In this document: positions 13,501-26,200 of the stretch, piece by piece
Layout: the number at the start of each line of letters is the position of its first letter
How positions within the stretch are numbered: the first letter of the stretch is position 1
DNA from: Reclinomonas americana ATCC 50394
Lineage: Eukaryota
Length of the DNA: 36,522 nucleotides
Assembly: GCA_048213135.1 (NCBI GenBank)
Contig: PS015070.1
Coordinates: forward strand, 94,118 to 130,639
Direction: 5' to 3'
Made by a program: the position numbers and the translations under genes
The notes under the pieces: model-generated
The model's database searches: none
The model's input: only the letters and a program-made list of their open reading frames with translations
What the model was told of the DNA's origin: nothing

Positions 13501-14683
13501 NNNNNNNNNNNNNNNNNNNNNNNNNNNNNNNNNNNNNNNNNNNNNNNNNNNNNNNNNNNNNNNNNNNNNNNNNNNNNNNNNNNNNNNNNNNNNNNNNNNN
13601 NNNNNNNNNNNNNNNNNNNNNNNNNNNNNNNNNNNNNNNNNNNNNNNNNNNNNNNNNNNNNNNNNNNNNNNNNNNNNNNNNNNNNNNNNNNNNNNNNNNN
13701 NNNNNNNNNNNNNNNNNNNNNNNNNNNNNNNNNNNNNNNNNNNNNNNNNNNNNNNNNNNNNNNNNNNNNNNNNNNNNNNNNNNNNNNNNNNNNNNNNNNN
13801 NNNNNNNNNNNNNNNNNNNNNNNNNNNNNNNNNNNNNNNNNNNNNNNNNNNNNNNNNNNNNNNNNNNNNNNNNNNNNNNNNNNNNNNNNNNNNNNNNNNN
13901 NNNNNNNNNNNNNNNNNNNNNNNNNNNNNNNNNNNNNNNNNNNNNNNNNNNNNNNNNNNNNNNNNNNNNNNNNNNNNNNNNNNNNNNNNNNNNNNNNNNN
14001 NNNNNNNNNNNNNNNNNNNNNNNNNNNNNNNNNNNNNNNNNNNNNNNNNNNNNNNNNNNNNNNNNNNNNNNNNNNNNNNNNNNNNNNNNNNNNNNNNNNN
14101 NNNNNNNNNNNNNNNNNNNNNNNNNNNNNNNNNNNNNNNNNNNNNNNNNNNNNNNNNNNNNNNNNNNNNNNNNNNNNNNNNNNNNNNNNNNNNNNNNNNN
14201 NNNNNNNNNNNNNTGCTGCTGCTGCCCTCCCGACACATGACTCAACGAGCTGCTCGGTCGACGAACAAGTCGCGGAGGAGCCTGCTCAGCAGCAGTCACA
14301 GGCGACGATCCACTTGCCGATGACGTGGCTCCCGTTCCCATAATGTGCGCAGCGGCGGTTGGTGTGAGTCCCAGGTCCTGCAACGTGGCCAGCAGCTGCC
14401 GCGAGAGACGTCCACTGGAACGACGCGACGTGCGAAGGGGGAAGCGTTGCCGCGGAGTCAGATCGACGACTGTTCCATCCACGGACTTGACTGTGGTGAC
14501 TCCTCCTGATCCTCCAACTCCTGCTGTTGCATTGTCTGTGCTGTGTGTGCGGGAGTGGCGATGGGCGGAGGTGGGGCGACTGGAGGGGCGCGCGGGCGAC
14601 CAGAGTCGGCGGTGTGTGTCGCGTTCCAGGCGAGAGAAGACGTCGCCGGATTTGGAGTTGGGTGTGGCCGCGCGAGAGGACAT
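10568..14683 (-). CDS. Hypothetical low-complexity Pro/Ser/Arg/Gln-rich protein; 5' end at 14683-14214 and 3' end at 11134-10568
   Basis: ATG at 14683 opens MSSRAATPNSKSGDVFSRLERD...QQQ, running into the gap. On the other side, a minus-strand frame with a GT-AG intron (10831-10757) ends at TGA 10568. No recognisable domain. Joining the two ends into one gene is inference. Confidence 0.55.
11237..13232 (+). CDS. Internal exons of a low-complexity protein (poly-P, poly-Q, poly-T), probably the reversed middle of the 10568-14683 gene
   Basis: Open coding-like frames on plus. A phase-1 intron at 11970-12630 has a GTGCGT donor, CT-rich body, CTGAC branch and GCAG acceptor, and joins ...LYRRS to ESPAVRAK... 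The segment is gap-bounded on both sides with no evident start or stop. Confidence 0.65.
13233..14213. other. Assembly gap (largest); other gaps at 8177-8196, 11135-11236, 11648-11874, 32168-32669, 34540-34945
   Basis: Runs of N, mostly adjacent to simple repeats or low-complexity sequence. Confidence 1.
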
Positions 14684-14859
14684 GACAGAGTGGCGCAAGC
14701 ACGCACGCACACTGCTCTCGTTCGCGGAGTGACGATTGCGTTTGTCCCAAGTTTGCGCGACTCTGTCCTCTGTCGTTGACAGTTGCGACGTTCGGTCGAA
14801 AAACAGGGCAAGAGAGAGAAGGGAAGAGAAGGAGAGTGAATGGGAGGAGGGAAGAGAGA

Positions 14860-14984
14860 GAGAGAGCGAGAGTAGGGAGAAGGCAGACCAACGGACTGTA
14901 ACTGAAGGTCGAAGTTTTTCTCGTGAGTGCTAGTGCGTGCGACAGATTGTGTGCAGCAAAAGCAGTGGCGGCACACGGGAATGG

Positions 14985-15032
<48 letters not shown>

Positions 15033-15180
15033 GAGGAGGAGAGAGAGAGAGAGCGAGAGTAGGGAAGGCAGGAGACGACAGACCGCAAACTGAACTGGAA
15101 GTCGAAGTTTTTCTCGTGAGTGCGAGTGTGTGCGACAGATTGTGTGCAACAAAAGCAGTGGCGGCACACGGGAATAGAAG
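14860..15180. repeat. Diverged direct duplication (period about 190 bp) separated by (GA)n
   Basis: GTCGAAGTTTTTCTCGTGAGTGC...GACAGATTGTGTGCA.CAAAAGCAGTGGCGGCACACGGGAAT occurs at about 14908-14982 and again at about 15100-15175. Confidence 0.85.
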
Positions 15181-15383
15181 AGGGAGAGAGAGAAGATGGT
15201 CACTGTGACGAACGAAAGCGTGAGAAAATGAGGATGCAACGCATGCGTTTCGCGATTTTTCAGTTTCCGAAAAGAAAAGTACACTGCGACCGTCGCTGCA
15301 GTTTTTTTGGTCGGTTCTCACGCGGAGAGGCACGCGGAGAACATGGAGAAACACAGACAAACACATAGAGAGAGTGAACGTTG

Positions 15384-18300
15384 TCACTGGTCAGCCGGGC
15401 CGTGCTGCGAGATCAGCGACAACACCTTGGGGTAGACCTGCTGCGAGGCGACGTTGTCCCAGATGAAGGTCATGTGACCCCAGCCGTCGAACCTGCGATA
15501 GAGGCAAGGAGAAGGAGAGAGAGAGAAAGAGGGAGAAGGGAAGGGGAGAGAAAATGGGCAAAGGAGGAGAGAAGCGGAGAGAGAAGGAGAAATAGAATAG
15601 GAGAGGCGAGAAAGAGAGAGAAGAACAGACAGGATAGAGAGTGTGTGTGAGAGAGAGAGGAGGAGGAGAGAGAAACAATCGTGAGCCCACAACAACCCAC
15701 AACAGTACACGAGCGTTGCCACGCAACTCCTCCTTGTAGACGAGCTTGTCGCTGGGGATCTCGTGAATCGCGGTCTCCACGTCCTTTGGGTCACTGCACA
15801 CATGGATGAGTGAACATATGTAGCAGAAGGAGCGATACGCGGTCAGCAACGGCGACCAACCCGAGAGTGTCTGCGGTCGGGAGGCCATGTGAGCGAAAAA
15901 CAATGATCACGACGCAATGCATGTCACGAGACTCACCGGCGCTGCCGTAGAAGAGGGCGACCTTGGTGGCCATGTCGGCCAGCTTGTACAGCGGTGGCGT
16001 GTCCTGACCGTAGTGAGCCTGGTTCGCACTGTGGTAAAAAAGATTCATGCACATGAGATTATCGATATATCGCAAGTGGCGCCCAGCAGTGACAGACTGC
16101 GCAGATGAATACACAATCAGGAAGGACTTTCTGTAACTATATCAAGGTAGTTGTGTAACCAATGCGACGGCCCTGTGTTTTTCCATCGTCCTCTTGACCC
16201 CTTGTCATCTACATACCTTGCGCTGCCGAAATCGAACTTCTGGAACTTGTTGCTGCGGATCTGCGACACGGAACGTAACAGAGGCGTTAGTATCTCGCAC
16301 TCTACCAACATGCGTGCGTCCTCCACTCCGCATACAAACCAGTTGAGCCCCTGCAATGCAAGCGAGTCAACAAATAGGTCGCACAAATACACGGGAATGA
16401 GAGAGAGGGAGAAAGGGAGAGATAAGAGAGAGAGAGAGCGAGACAGAAAGAGAGAGACAGGGAAGATAGAGCGAGACAGAGAGTGCGAGTCAGAGAGACA
16501 GGGAAGAGAGAGCAAGGATGAGATTTACAAGCAAACCGCTCTCCATACACGCACAATGGAAAACGATTGATTCGCAAAGAGACATGGACAAGCACGCTCG
16601 CCCACGCATGCACAGTACAGAATAGCTATCGCACACAAAGAGAAAGAATTCACACAAACAAGCAGGTGCTCTCCGTACGCGCACAATGGAGAACAAAGCA
16701 CACTGCGCAGAAAGGACTCACAAAGAAACATGGACAAGCACGCTCGCTCACGCATGCACAGCCGACGCACACATAAGAAAAAACGATACACACGATAACA
16801 ACAGACAATCACGCACACGCACAGTGGAGAGCACTCGAAGCAAATCAGAGGACGATTCACACAGACACAAGGGCACACAAACGCACGCACACGCACAAAG
16901 AAGCAGCCAATGCAATACACGCACACGTACGAGAAAGTAAATTCACAGGAAGGCAACAGACAAGCACTCTCTCTCTCTCTCGCACGTACACCGAGGAGTA
17001 GCCACAGCAAAGCACAGCTAAGGAAACGCACACCCCAGTAATGACACACACTTGCTGAATGCACCACGCAACAGTGAGCCATGTTCATCACGCTGGTGCC
17101 CGACGGGTAGTGACCCATGTACACATCCCATCGGCTCATGTTCATGAACTGCTTCTGGCAGCCGGCCATGATGCACAGAGTCTCCTCGCACACCCACGGC
17201 GTCAGCTTGCACACCTCCGGCAGCAGCGTCTCCAGCACTGCGCAAATAAAGTCGCAGGATGAGAGACTCATTTTTTGAGGAAACACTCGGTGGAGAGACG
17301 TCGCGCAACGTTGACTGCTCGGCAAGAACTCGTCGACACCGAGCAGCGCCAGGATCTGGTCAGTGCGCAGCGCGGCCAGAGCCTCGAAAATCAACGAGCC
17401 TGCCGTCATATGAAGATAGAGTCAGCTGCTGCACACCAACTCATGAAAAAGACCAACAACAATTAATAACCTGGATGCGCGTAGTAGGCCACCGGTGCCA
17501 GCGCCACAAACACGCCGACCTTGGCGGCGTAGTCGGGGCGCTGCGTGAAGAGCGCAAAGCCCTGCGTCGTGCCCTGCGAGTGACCGACGTAGGCGTGGAA
17601 ACGCTTGGCACCAGAGGTGCGCAGCGCAAAGTCCAGCGCCGCCGGCAGATCAATCAAGCCCAAATCATCCCAGGTAAAGTCCCAGTAGGCGTTGTCGGGT
17701 GTGTTGAGCTCCTGTGAGTGGTGGTGGCGTGGTGTGAGTGCGGCGCACGGAGCGGGGAGGAGAGAAAAAGGCGGGGTGGAAAATCAACAACCTTGCTGTA
17801 CGTGTTGCCGCGGTCGTTGCCCTGTTCATTGGAAACGAGAGTGAGGGGGCAAGGACAGCAATAATAGACTTCTGCAAGACAGACCAGCCACACATCGTAG
17901 CCAGCGTCGGCCAGAATGAACGCCAGGCTGTTGGAGGCAAAGTTGATGACCCACGTCGTCGACGCATCGGTAACACTGCATGCACGAGTCAGTGCGATTC
18001 GACGCGATACACCAACAACGCAGAGTCGCACGCAACCCGTGCTGGAGCCACACTGCACCGCGCGAGAAGAAACATGAGCAAGTCAGCTATCGGAGTATGG
18101 AGGAGAGGGGAGGGAGGGAGACACGTACCGACGGGGCGTGGTCCGGGAGTCGGACCCGCGCGACCATGCGGAATGCGTTGCACGGAGAGCAGGTAGCCGT
18201 CGGGAGCGCGCACTTGGTAGTTGATGCAGGGGTAGCCCTTGGACTCGACTGTGGGAAGGGGAGGAGAAAGTGGAGGGAAAAGAGTGAATGAGAAATTAGA

Positions 18301-18829
18301 TAGTCAGTGAGTTGTGGAACTTGTGTGTGTGTGAGTGTGTGTATGTGTGTGTGTGAGAGAGAGAGAGGAGGGAGAGAGAGAAGAGAAGGAAGAGAGAGCG
18401 TGTTGTGCACAAGTCTCTCACTCCACACACACAGTCATGACATCGTGTCCAGTTTCTCAGTCTCTCTCTCTCTCTCACACACACACACTCACACACACAC
18501 ACTCACACACACACACTCACACACTCACTCACTCACTCACATGACATCACGTCCAATTTCAGTCACTCTCCTTTCCCTCCCTTCTCCCTTCTCTCTCCTT
18601 CTCCCCTTCTTTGCCTCTCTCCCTCTCCACACACTCAACTCAATTGCGTGACATTGCGATGCGTGTCGGGATCCAACGAGGCAAAGCGCGCACTCTCCGC
18701 CACGCGCTCCTCCACCTCCATATCCAACACCGCAAACTTGCGACTCACACTGTCACCATGCGCACTGACACTCACAACAGCAGCACAGAGGACCAACAAC
18801 AACAAGAGAGGAAGAGTGGCGCGCCCCAT
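15384..18829 (-). CDS. Secreted or lysosomal acid lipase (LIPA/gastric-lipase family alpha/beta hydrolase), 13 introns
   Basis: Signal peptide [23 protein letters not shown]. Family motifs [37 protein letters not shown], nucleophile GHSQG (17571-17585), [22 protein letters not shown], catalytic Asp (SADTLGD) and His (WGHMTFIW). All 13 introns can be joined in frame. Confidence 0.95.
18310..18545. repeat. (GT)n/(GA)n/(CA)n microsatellite cluster in lipase intron 1
   Basis: Directly visible dinucleotide tracts. Confidence 0.9.
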
Positions 18830-20216
18830 GATGGTGGCAAGACAAACAAGACGGAGACGCGAGCTCGTCATTGTCTGACTTGACGACATTGGCTGGAGCC
18901 TCGCAGCTGCTGTGTGAGTGCAAGGCGATGAGCTCCGCAATGAGGGCATTCTACAGAGGGGAGACGCATTGCATGCATGCACAGACGAGCAGTGGGAATT
19001 CGAAAGGCGAGCTCGAGGAGTCTGATCAGAATTCGAACACCATGGCCAGCGAGTGAGAGAACTCTTGCTCGCACACTAGGCACACTCCGTGTTGTCATCG
19101 AGTGCACAGAGAGAGCGGTTCCCTGGAACCTGCAGCTTGGTGCTGGCTTTTCGTGGTGTGTTCGGTTTGCGTTTCTCGGTCACTTTTTATCTCCTACACT
19201 TTATTTTGATTACAGTGCGCCGGGCCTTAAGAGACATCGCACGCGCATGTGATGTGCTTGTGGTGGCCAACCGGGTGGCGGACGAGGTAACGGTCATAAT
19301 TATAAGGTTTGGATTCGCGTTTGGCGAAAAGCCACGCTAGCGCGCTTTGCATGGTTGTGAATGTGCACCTTCTCCCAGAAAAGGTAAATAAAATCATCTC
19401 TCCTCTCTCTGTCAGGGTCCCAGCGCATGCGTGTAGATCACGTGATGCCTCGTAGTCGCGAGTTTCAACCGCAGAGGTTGATGCGTGCGTGTCAGTGATC
19501 ACATGTTGTCTCGATCGCGACGACTGCGCTGGAGTGCTCTCTGCAAAACTCAATCAGCAGTGGCAAGGTCCTTGGTTCATCTCTCTGGAAACGTGTGAGC
19601 CACATCGCGAGGAGGCCTCCCGAGCTCAGGCAACGAGTTGTCCAGAGCGGAGCACCAAATTTGGTGCGCGCATGCGCCTTTCGATTTCTCTGCGAATGCA
19701 CCACACTGCGGAAACAGGAGTTCGTGTTCCACCCGTGTCGACACTGAGTTGGCGTCTCTGCGTTTGTCGCTGCGCTGCGGCCACTGCAGGACGATTGCTT
19801 TGGGAGAAGTGTGGCTATTCACTACAACTGCCTGACAGATTTGTGAGGTACATGCACACGCGCACAACGTAAACGACACCTACGAAAAAAAAAACATTCT
19901 GCAACCTTTCGACGAGACCATTCTTACAAACCTTCGATACATCAGGATCTTGTCGTCGTGCGTACGCGTGTTGCCGATAAATGATGATCAATCACGAATT
20001 CGAACTACTGTACGATCGCGAATCACACCTTCCTCTTTCATGTTTCACTGTCGATGTGTGTGCTTGGGTGTGTGAGGGTGGCGCTTGTCGACATCACGAA
20101 CCACACCACTCGTGTAAACACCCACATGGCCAGTAAGTTCGCGAGTCGGGTATTACAGAAACAACAACTTTACTAATCCAAACACCACTATACGTTCTCG
20201 ATTCGCTGAAACAGCC

Positions 20217-23200
20217 ATGCGATCAGCGCCACGAGTGCGACGAACGAGGGCACACTGCATTGCTGTGCTGCGTCGTGGAATGTCTGTTGTTTTATCGCTG
20301 AGTGAGCTCTGCTCGGGACAAGGTGAAAATTGTCGGTGCCGTTGCAGCGTTTTGTTTGTTGCCCATTTTCTTATTCTGCCCGGGAGAGAGAAAAGAGTGC
20401 GCGGTACCCGTCGAAATATCACGTCTGTTTCTCCTCCACCGTCATGCAGTTAGTGCCGCCTGTTGCGTTCGTGACGCGCTTTGTGAGCGATGTGCACCGA
20501 GACACGTTTCTCTTCTCACCAGTTGCGTGGCGAGTCCGAGATAATGCGCGCCTCAGTTTTTTTGGCGGTATCGTGAACCACTCACCAATCTCCGGCAGAA
20601 CCGCACCGCGGACGCGCTGGCATTCCTCAGCCTTCACCTGACGCTACTCGGCTCAGTGTTCATCAACACCCACTCGGGCATGGCATTCGCGGCCACGCTG
20701 TTGCCAACAACGGTACGCCGCTGGCGTTTCGATTTCCGAACACGCACATTCTGTCATCTTAATTCGTCATACATTGCCTTTTCGCAGATGGAATATTCGA
20801 GACTCACGACAGTCTGGTTGTTTGTGGCCGTTTCTCTGTCGTTGCTGGCGGTGCAGACGGTGCGATTGTATCTCTCGCACCGTGCACAGCACAGCAATGC
20901 TGCTGGAACCGGCTCCACTGACTTGTCCGCCCGCGGCGTCGCGATGACGACCGTCGTCGTCCGTTTCTTGGTGCGTGTGTGTGGAATGGCCATGTCCATG
21001 CCTTGCGCCTCTCCTTTCCTCGAAACCTGTGGTTTCCCGATCATGAGCTGTCCTGTCCTCTCTCCTCGCTGCTGACATGTGCGGAATATTAGTGGGCACT
21101 GGCGACGGGTCCGCTGCTGACGGCCATTGCGCACCTGCTACTGCGACCACTCCACTGTGACTTTAACTCGCTGCAGCACCTCTCTGTGGACTTGATCGAC
21201 ACCCTGTGGAGTTGCGATCTCGTCGGCAATCTGCATGCATGCATTTCTTGTTATCTCATCAACACATCCCCCTCCCTCTCTCTTCGCAGGATGTGACGAT
21301 CCCGTCAACGTGTTTCTCGGGTCCGCCGGCCTTCTTGTCGTCGTCGCACTGTGCATCGTGGCGGTGCTGCTCCCACTTCTGTTGCGCCGTGATGAGTGAG
21401 GGTCTCTCTCTCTCTCGAATCCTCCCGACTCATCACTCTTGATTCGCCACAAGCGCAGCTCATTGGACTTCCACCCAAACTCGCGGCTGTCGACTGCCGG
21501 CTTGCTCAGCGGCCGCTACGTGGCCGCCCTCAATCTTTGCCGCGTTGTGCTGGCCGTCTCGTACACATTCATCGCCAAGGCCGTACCACTGGTGCACTTC
21601 GGGCTGGCCGTCGCCGTGGCACTGGTGTTGGCGATTGGCGTCGCTCGCTACCTGCCGTTCTACTCGATGCTGTCCACCACCAGTGCGTTGTCGCTGTGCT
21701 CGGCAGTGGCCTTGGCCGCCGTCGGCTGCGCGTACGTTTCCGTCTCGGGTGGTGCTGGTCCACTGCGTGAGTGGTGGATGATGCAAGCGGTGATTGTCGG
21801 CGGCAGTGTGGCTGCCGGCATCGTCTTTGGCTTGATCGTCATCTCCCTCCGTCATCGGCATGTGGTTCGCGGTATTGACCAGCTTATTAGCGGCATTGGC
21901 GTCGGTGGCAGTGGCGGTGGCGGCAGCAACACCTTGTCGTCACGGGCCAACAACAGCCTCGCCAGCTTGTCGAGTCCCACTGCCCGCTACTTGGTGCGGT
22001 GTACGTGTTGTCCTCCTCATCCTTTGTGCAACTCACTCACGCTCACAGCGAGGACTGACGTCGGGGAGCCAAGGTGGCGATACAGAAACAAGGGAGGACG
22101 AGGGGTACCTGCACGCCGTGCGGCATGCGTTCCCACGTGTGTGGTCCGTTGAGCTGGCCGCCCGCTTGCCTCCGAGAGATGCCGCAGACCCATGGGGACG
22201 TGCCATGGACCTGTTTGAGATCGGTGAGTGCCACCGTTGTCACCTGTGTGTGTCTTGCGTGCTCACACGTGCGCGCGCGCACGTGCAGGTCACATCCACT
22301 TTGCCGACTGTGTGCATGCCGCTGACACGCTGTCGGTGGTGCACGCCGTGTACATGATGAGTTTTGATGTGGAGCTGGGGCGCTCACAGCAGATGGTGGC
22401 CGAAATCGCAGCGCGCAACGAGGCGACGCCGACGCTCTCGTGGGATATGCGTCGCATAGTGTCGGCGCTTGTATCGTCGTTTGAGCAAAATGTCGATTTC
22501 CGACAGCAGTCGTACCGCGCTCGACTGGCCGCCGTGCATCAGGAGTGGTGCCAGTGCTACGTGTTGCTGATCTCGTTGTGGCGACAAGTGGAGAACGGTG
22601 GCCGTGGTGCGTGAATGATGGCCCCACTCTGATGTTGCAGTCGCGCGGACTCATTGTTTTGTTCCGCACAGAGAGCAAGCTGCTGTCGGTGCTGCTGACG
22701 TTGAAGGAGCAAGAGGACAAGTGCAACAGCCTGTTCCTGTCCATGTTGCGTGACTTTCCAGACGAGGCCGAGCTGGTCATGTGGTACGCACAGGTGCGTG
22801 GAGTTGGTTGTTTGCCATCACTTGGCGTGCAGCACTTTTTCTGAGCTGACGATGCGCAGTTCCTGGTGGAGATCAAGAACGATGAAGTCGGCGGTCGACG
22901 ATACGACGAAGTGGCTGAGTTGCTTGCCACAGTCGACGGCTCCTCGACGGAGAACCGAGAAAAGGAGCGCCACTTTGCACTGGAGGAGATTGCCGCGGTA
23001 AGCTCAGCAGAGAGTGCTCTCTGCTATTCCGACACCGCTGATCAAGCGCGCGCATGTGCAGGAATTGCGCGGCATCATGTTTCTCCGCCATGACATCTCC
23101 GGAGACAGCAACGGCGGTCCATCCGAGTCGGCGTCGTCGTCGCGATCGTCTGCGACGTTGCCTGCGTGGGGTGTCTGCGATGGTGGGCAGCGCGTGCAAA

Positions 23201-26200
23201 ATCGGAACCATGGTACCGCGTCTAACACATGGGGGTGTTGTTGTTGTTGGTGAGCAGACGTAGCCGCGCAATCCGCATCCAATGATTCGAGCTCGGTCCG
23301 CGAAGAGTCAATCGCTTCAGAGACTGATCACCGACAGTCGTCGACGCCGGCACCTGCAGGTGCATCATCATCCACCACATTGCCGACTGGCGTGCGCCTT
23401 TAATTTTCTCATTGCGGTTGTCGCGCAGCAGCTGGTGGAAACGAGGGCGAGCTGCGATCAGCTCTGAAGAGCAAGAAAGACGAAATGCGAACGGTGTCGC
23501 ACGTGTACAATAGCCTCCTTTTGGTTGCTTGCTCACTGTGCGTTGTGTATGAGTAGGACTCTCGCAGTCTGCGCCTCACCTCGCAACGAAAACTCAGTTG
23601 CGCGACAAGCAGTAGCAGAGGAGTATGCATGTTGTCACGCTGACTGTTGCCGTTGCAGACTTTCCGGCACCTGTACAGCCACGAGGTATGCAGATGGCAT
23701 CGGCTGTAGACGATGGAGCCTCGTCTACCGGTGGCAGGTGTGCATGACTACAGTGTGGATTATCATGTGTGTGCGACTGAGGCTGACGACGATGTCTGCG
23801 TGCGCAGCTCGCGTGTCTCCGGTGCCAACTCCAACAAGAGCGGCGTCAGTGTGGACAGCACCGCCTCTGCATCGATTCGTCGCACAATCATTCGCGAAAA
23901 GGTTTGCCAGTGCGCAGCGCGCGCACATGTGTCTGCCCGCCATTGGCCTGACTTTGCGCCTCTCACCATCTCAGAATCCCACAACATACCGAGCATATTC
24001 GATTCTCGCCATGTTCACCGCTGTCTGTGCCGTCGCTGCTGTTGCCATCCTTGTGAGGTCGTCGAGTATGCTTGCATCGATTGTGAATGACCGCACGCTC
24101 GTGACGGATATCGACACTGGCAGGTCTTTCCACCGATATTGCTCCACAACAGGGTCGTACTCATTCGTCGTCTTACGTGGTGCTCTCTGTCTTCACAGTA
24201 ATTGTGCGATTCGCATCGCCGTGACTGCGTGGCGCATGTGGGAGGAGGCGAACGTTGAAGGCGGCGCGAAACTGGTGGATGGTTTACGACCATACATTGC
24301 TGGCAATAGCACCGCAGTTCACAACGCCTTGAGACTCATCTCGCAGCAGTGCGTAACCTCTTGTTGTCTCACACCCACTCACCTCGCCGCGGACACTCAT
24401 AGTTTGTTCTTTTGTAATGCACAGCCACTTTAGCGACCAGTTGGCGATGCGAGTTGCTATTCGGAACATCGAGTACAGCGACACGAGCGGCACTGTGGTG
24501 AATCGATCACTGCCGGGTGGTGATTTTGTGTCATTGTTTCTAGATAGCGCAGCGGTACGTACGTGCATCTGAGTGCGTCCAAGTGCTACTATTGCAACTG
24601 AGGTGTGGGTGCACAGAGCCTCTCTCGCATGTCCACGCGACTGATGACATCGGCTGTTCGTGAGGAGGCGCTGATTACGCTGCTGGCCAATAGCGCCACT
24701 GCTAGCGACGTTCTCTTCCGAGTGGCCAGCGAGTTCAACGACGACGTTGTCAAGTCGACCGCGGAATACTCTGTGGAGGCCTGGTTGGACCTTGCAATTG
24801 TTACTGGGTGCGCAGACATTCAGGCACCGTCGTGAACTTGATCTATCGCGCTGACTATTTCCAATGTGTGTGCAGGCTCTGTGTCGGCGTGCTGTTGGTG
24901 CTATTGCTTCCTGTGGTGATGACCATGCGTCGCAACTTGCGACGCAGCCTCGCCACATTTGCGAGTATACCACGCGACGAGATGCGCAAGATACGTCATC
25001 GTGTGCGTGACTCCTACCTCAACTACCTCAGCATGTCGGACGCGGTACGAAATGTTGCGTGGTCGCACTATTCTTCTCGTCCATGATCTCTATTCCACTG
25101 ACAGCCTTGCGCCGTCTGCAGGGCGTCCACCCGTCCACGACGGTGACGAGCAAATACCTCGCCACTCAGTGTACACGAGCAAATACCTCGCCACTCAGTG
25201 TACACGAGCCGACATGCAGTTCACCGGCAACATCATCTTCCGCGCCGTTGTGCTGGCACTCATTGTTGTCACTGCACTGGCGTGCATGTCGTTGCGCCAC
25301 CACTGTCTCGAAGTCGTTGTAGCCATTCTTATCTCTGACAAATTGGTCTGACATGTTTCGTGCATCGCGCAGAGTAAGCGCCAATGTCGTTGCTCAACAA
25401 AGCGTCGACGGCTTGCAGACGACGGGTCTCGTGGCGGAACGTAACGTCGCTGTGGGAATGGTTGTGATGACAGCTATGCAGTACTTGAATCCCGTCGGCA
25501 TCACTCCTCGAGCGGACGTGCAAGTACGACTGCAGCAACTAATCGCGACGGTACGCGTCGCATGTGAGATGTGTGAAGAAACGGCTGCTGAATATCTGAA
25601 TGCACTGTGTGCACTTGCCAGGCGAAGAAACGACAAGAGGAAGTGACGGAGAGAATCATGGACAAGGGGTGGGATTCGACAGCCGACGCCATGCAAAACA
25701 CGCTGTTGTACTCGACGCGCTGTTCCTCCGCCGCAACGAACCCTACGTGGTGGAAAACGATTCGCTGCGCGCCGATCAGCGACCTTGTGCGTCGATGTCA
25801 TGTCCATTGAGGCGACTGATTTAATCACCAGCTGGTGTCATCTCACTTTTGGTGCAGATTCACTCGATGCTCAGCAGCGCAGAGCAGCTGGCGTCCGAGC
25901 TGAACAGTCCGCCGACGGCAAGCGACAGAGATTTGGAGGAGTTTATCGTGCAATCACGTCCCGCGCTGGCCACTTATTTTGGTGCCAGTCTCCAGGTGTG
26001 GATGGGGGAGTGAGAAAGAAAGAAAGAGACGGTAGATGATGGGTCATCTGAGAATTGCAAAGAGAGAGAGAGAGATCTAGAGCTGAATTGCTTGATCGCT
26101 GCTGACTTTTGCGCACAGGCACTGACTGACGGCCTCGATCGGTCGATCGCCCGCTATACGTTCTTTGCCACTGTGATGTTCACCGTCGGCGTTGTGTCGA

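Noticed and set aside
5600-18640. Non-canonical TT-starting introns (exon keeps the G, intron begins TTGCGT)
   Set aside because: The GT-AG reading gives the expected residues (GNYILLNLF with T|AT at 5656; TQLIESKGY with A|TC at 18639), whereas the shifted reading gives Cys and Ser and loses the AG acceptor.
20522-20528. Additional GTTGCGT donor candidates at 20522 and 25054
   Set aside because: Not counted among the 20 because the adjoining exon structure could not be fixed by frame or homology.
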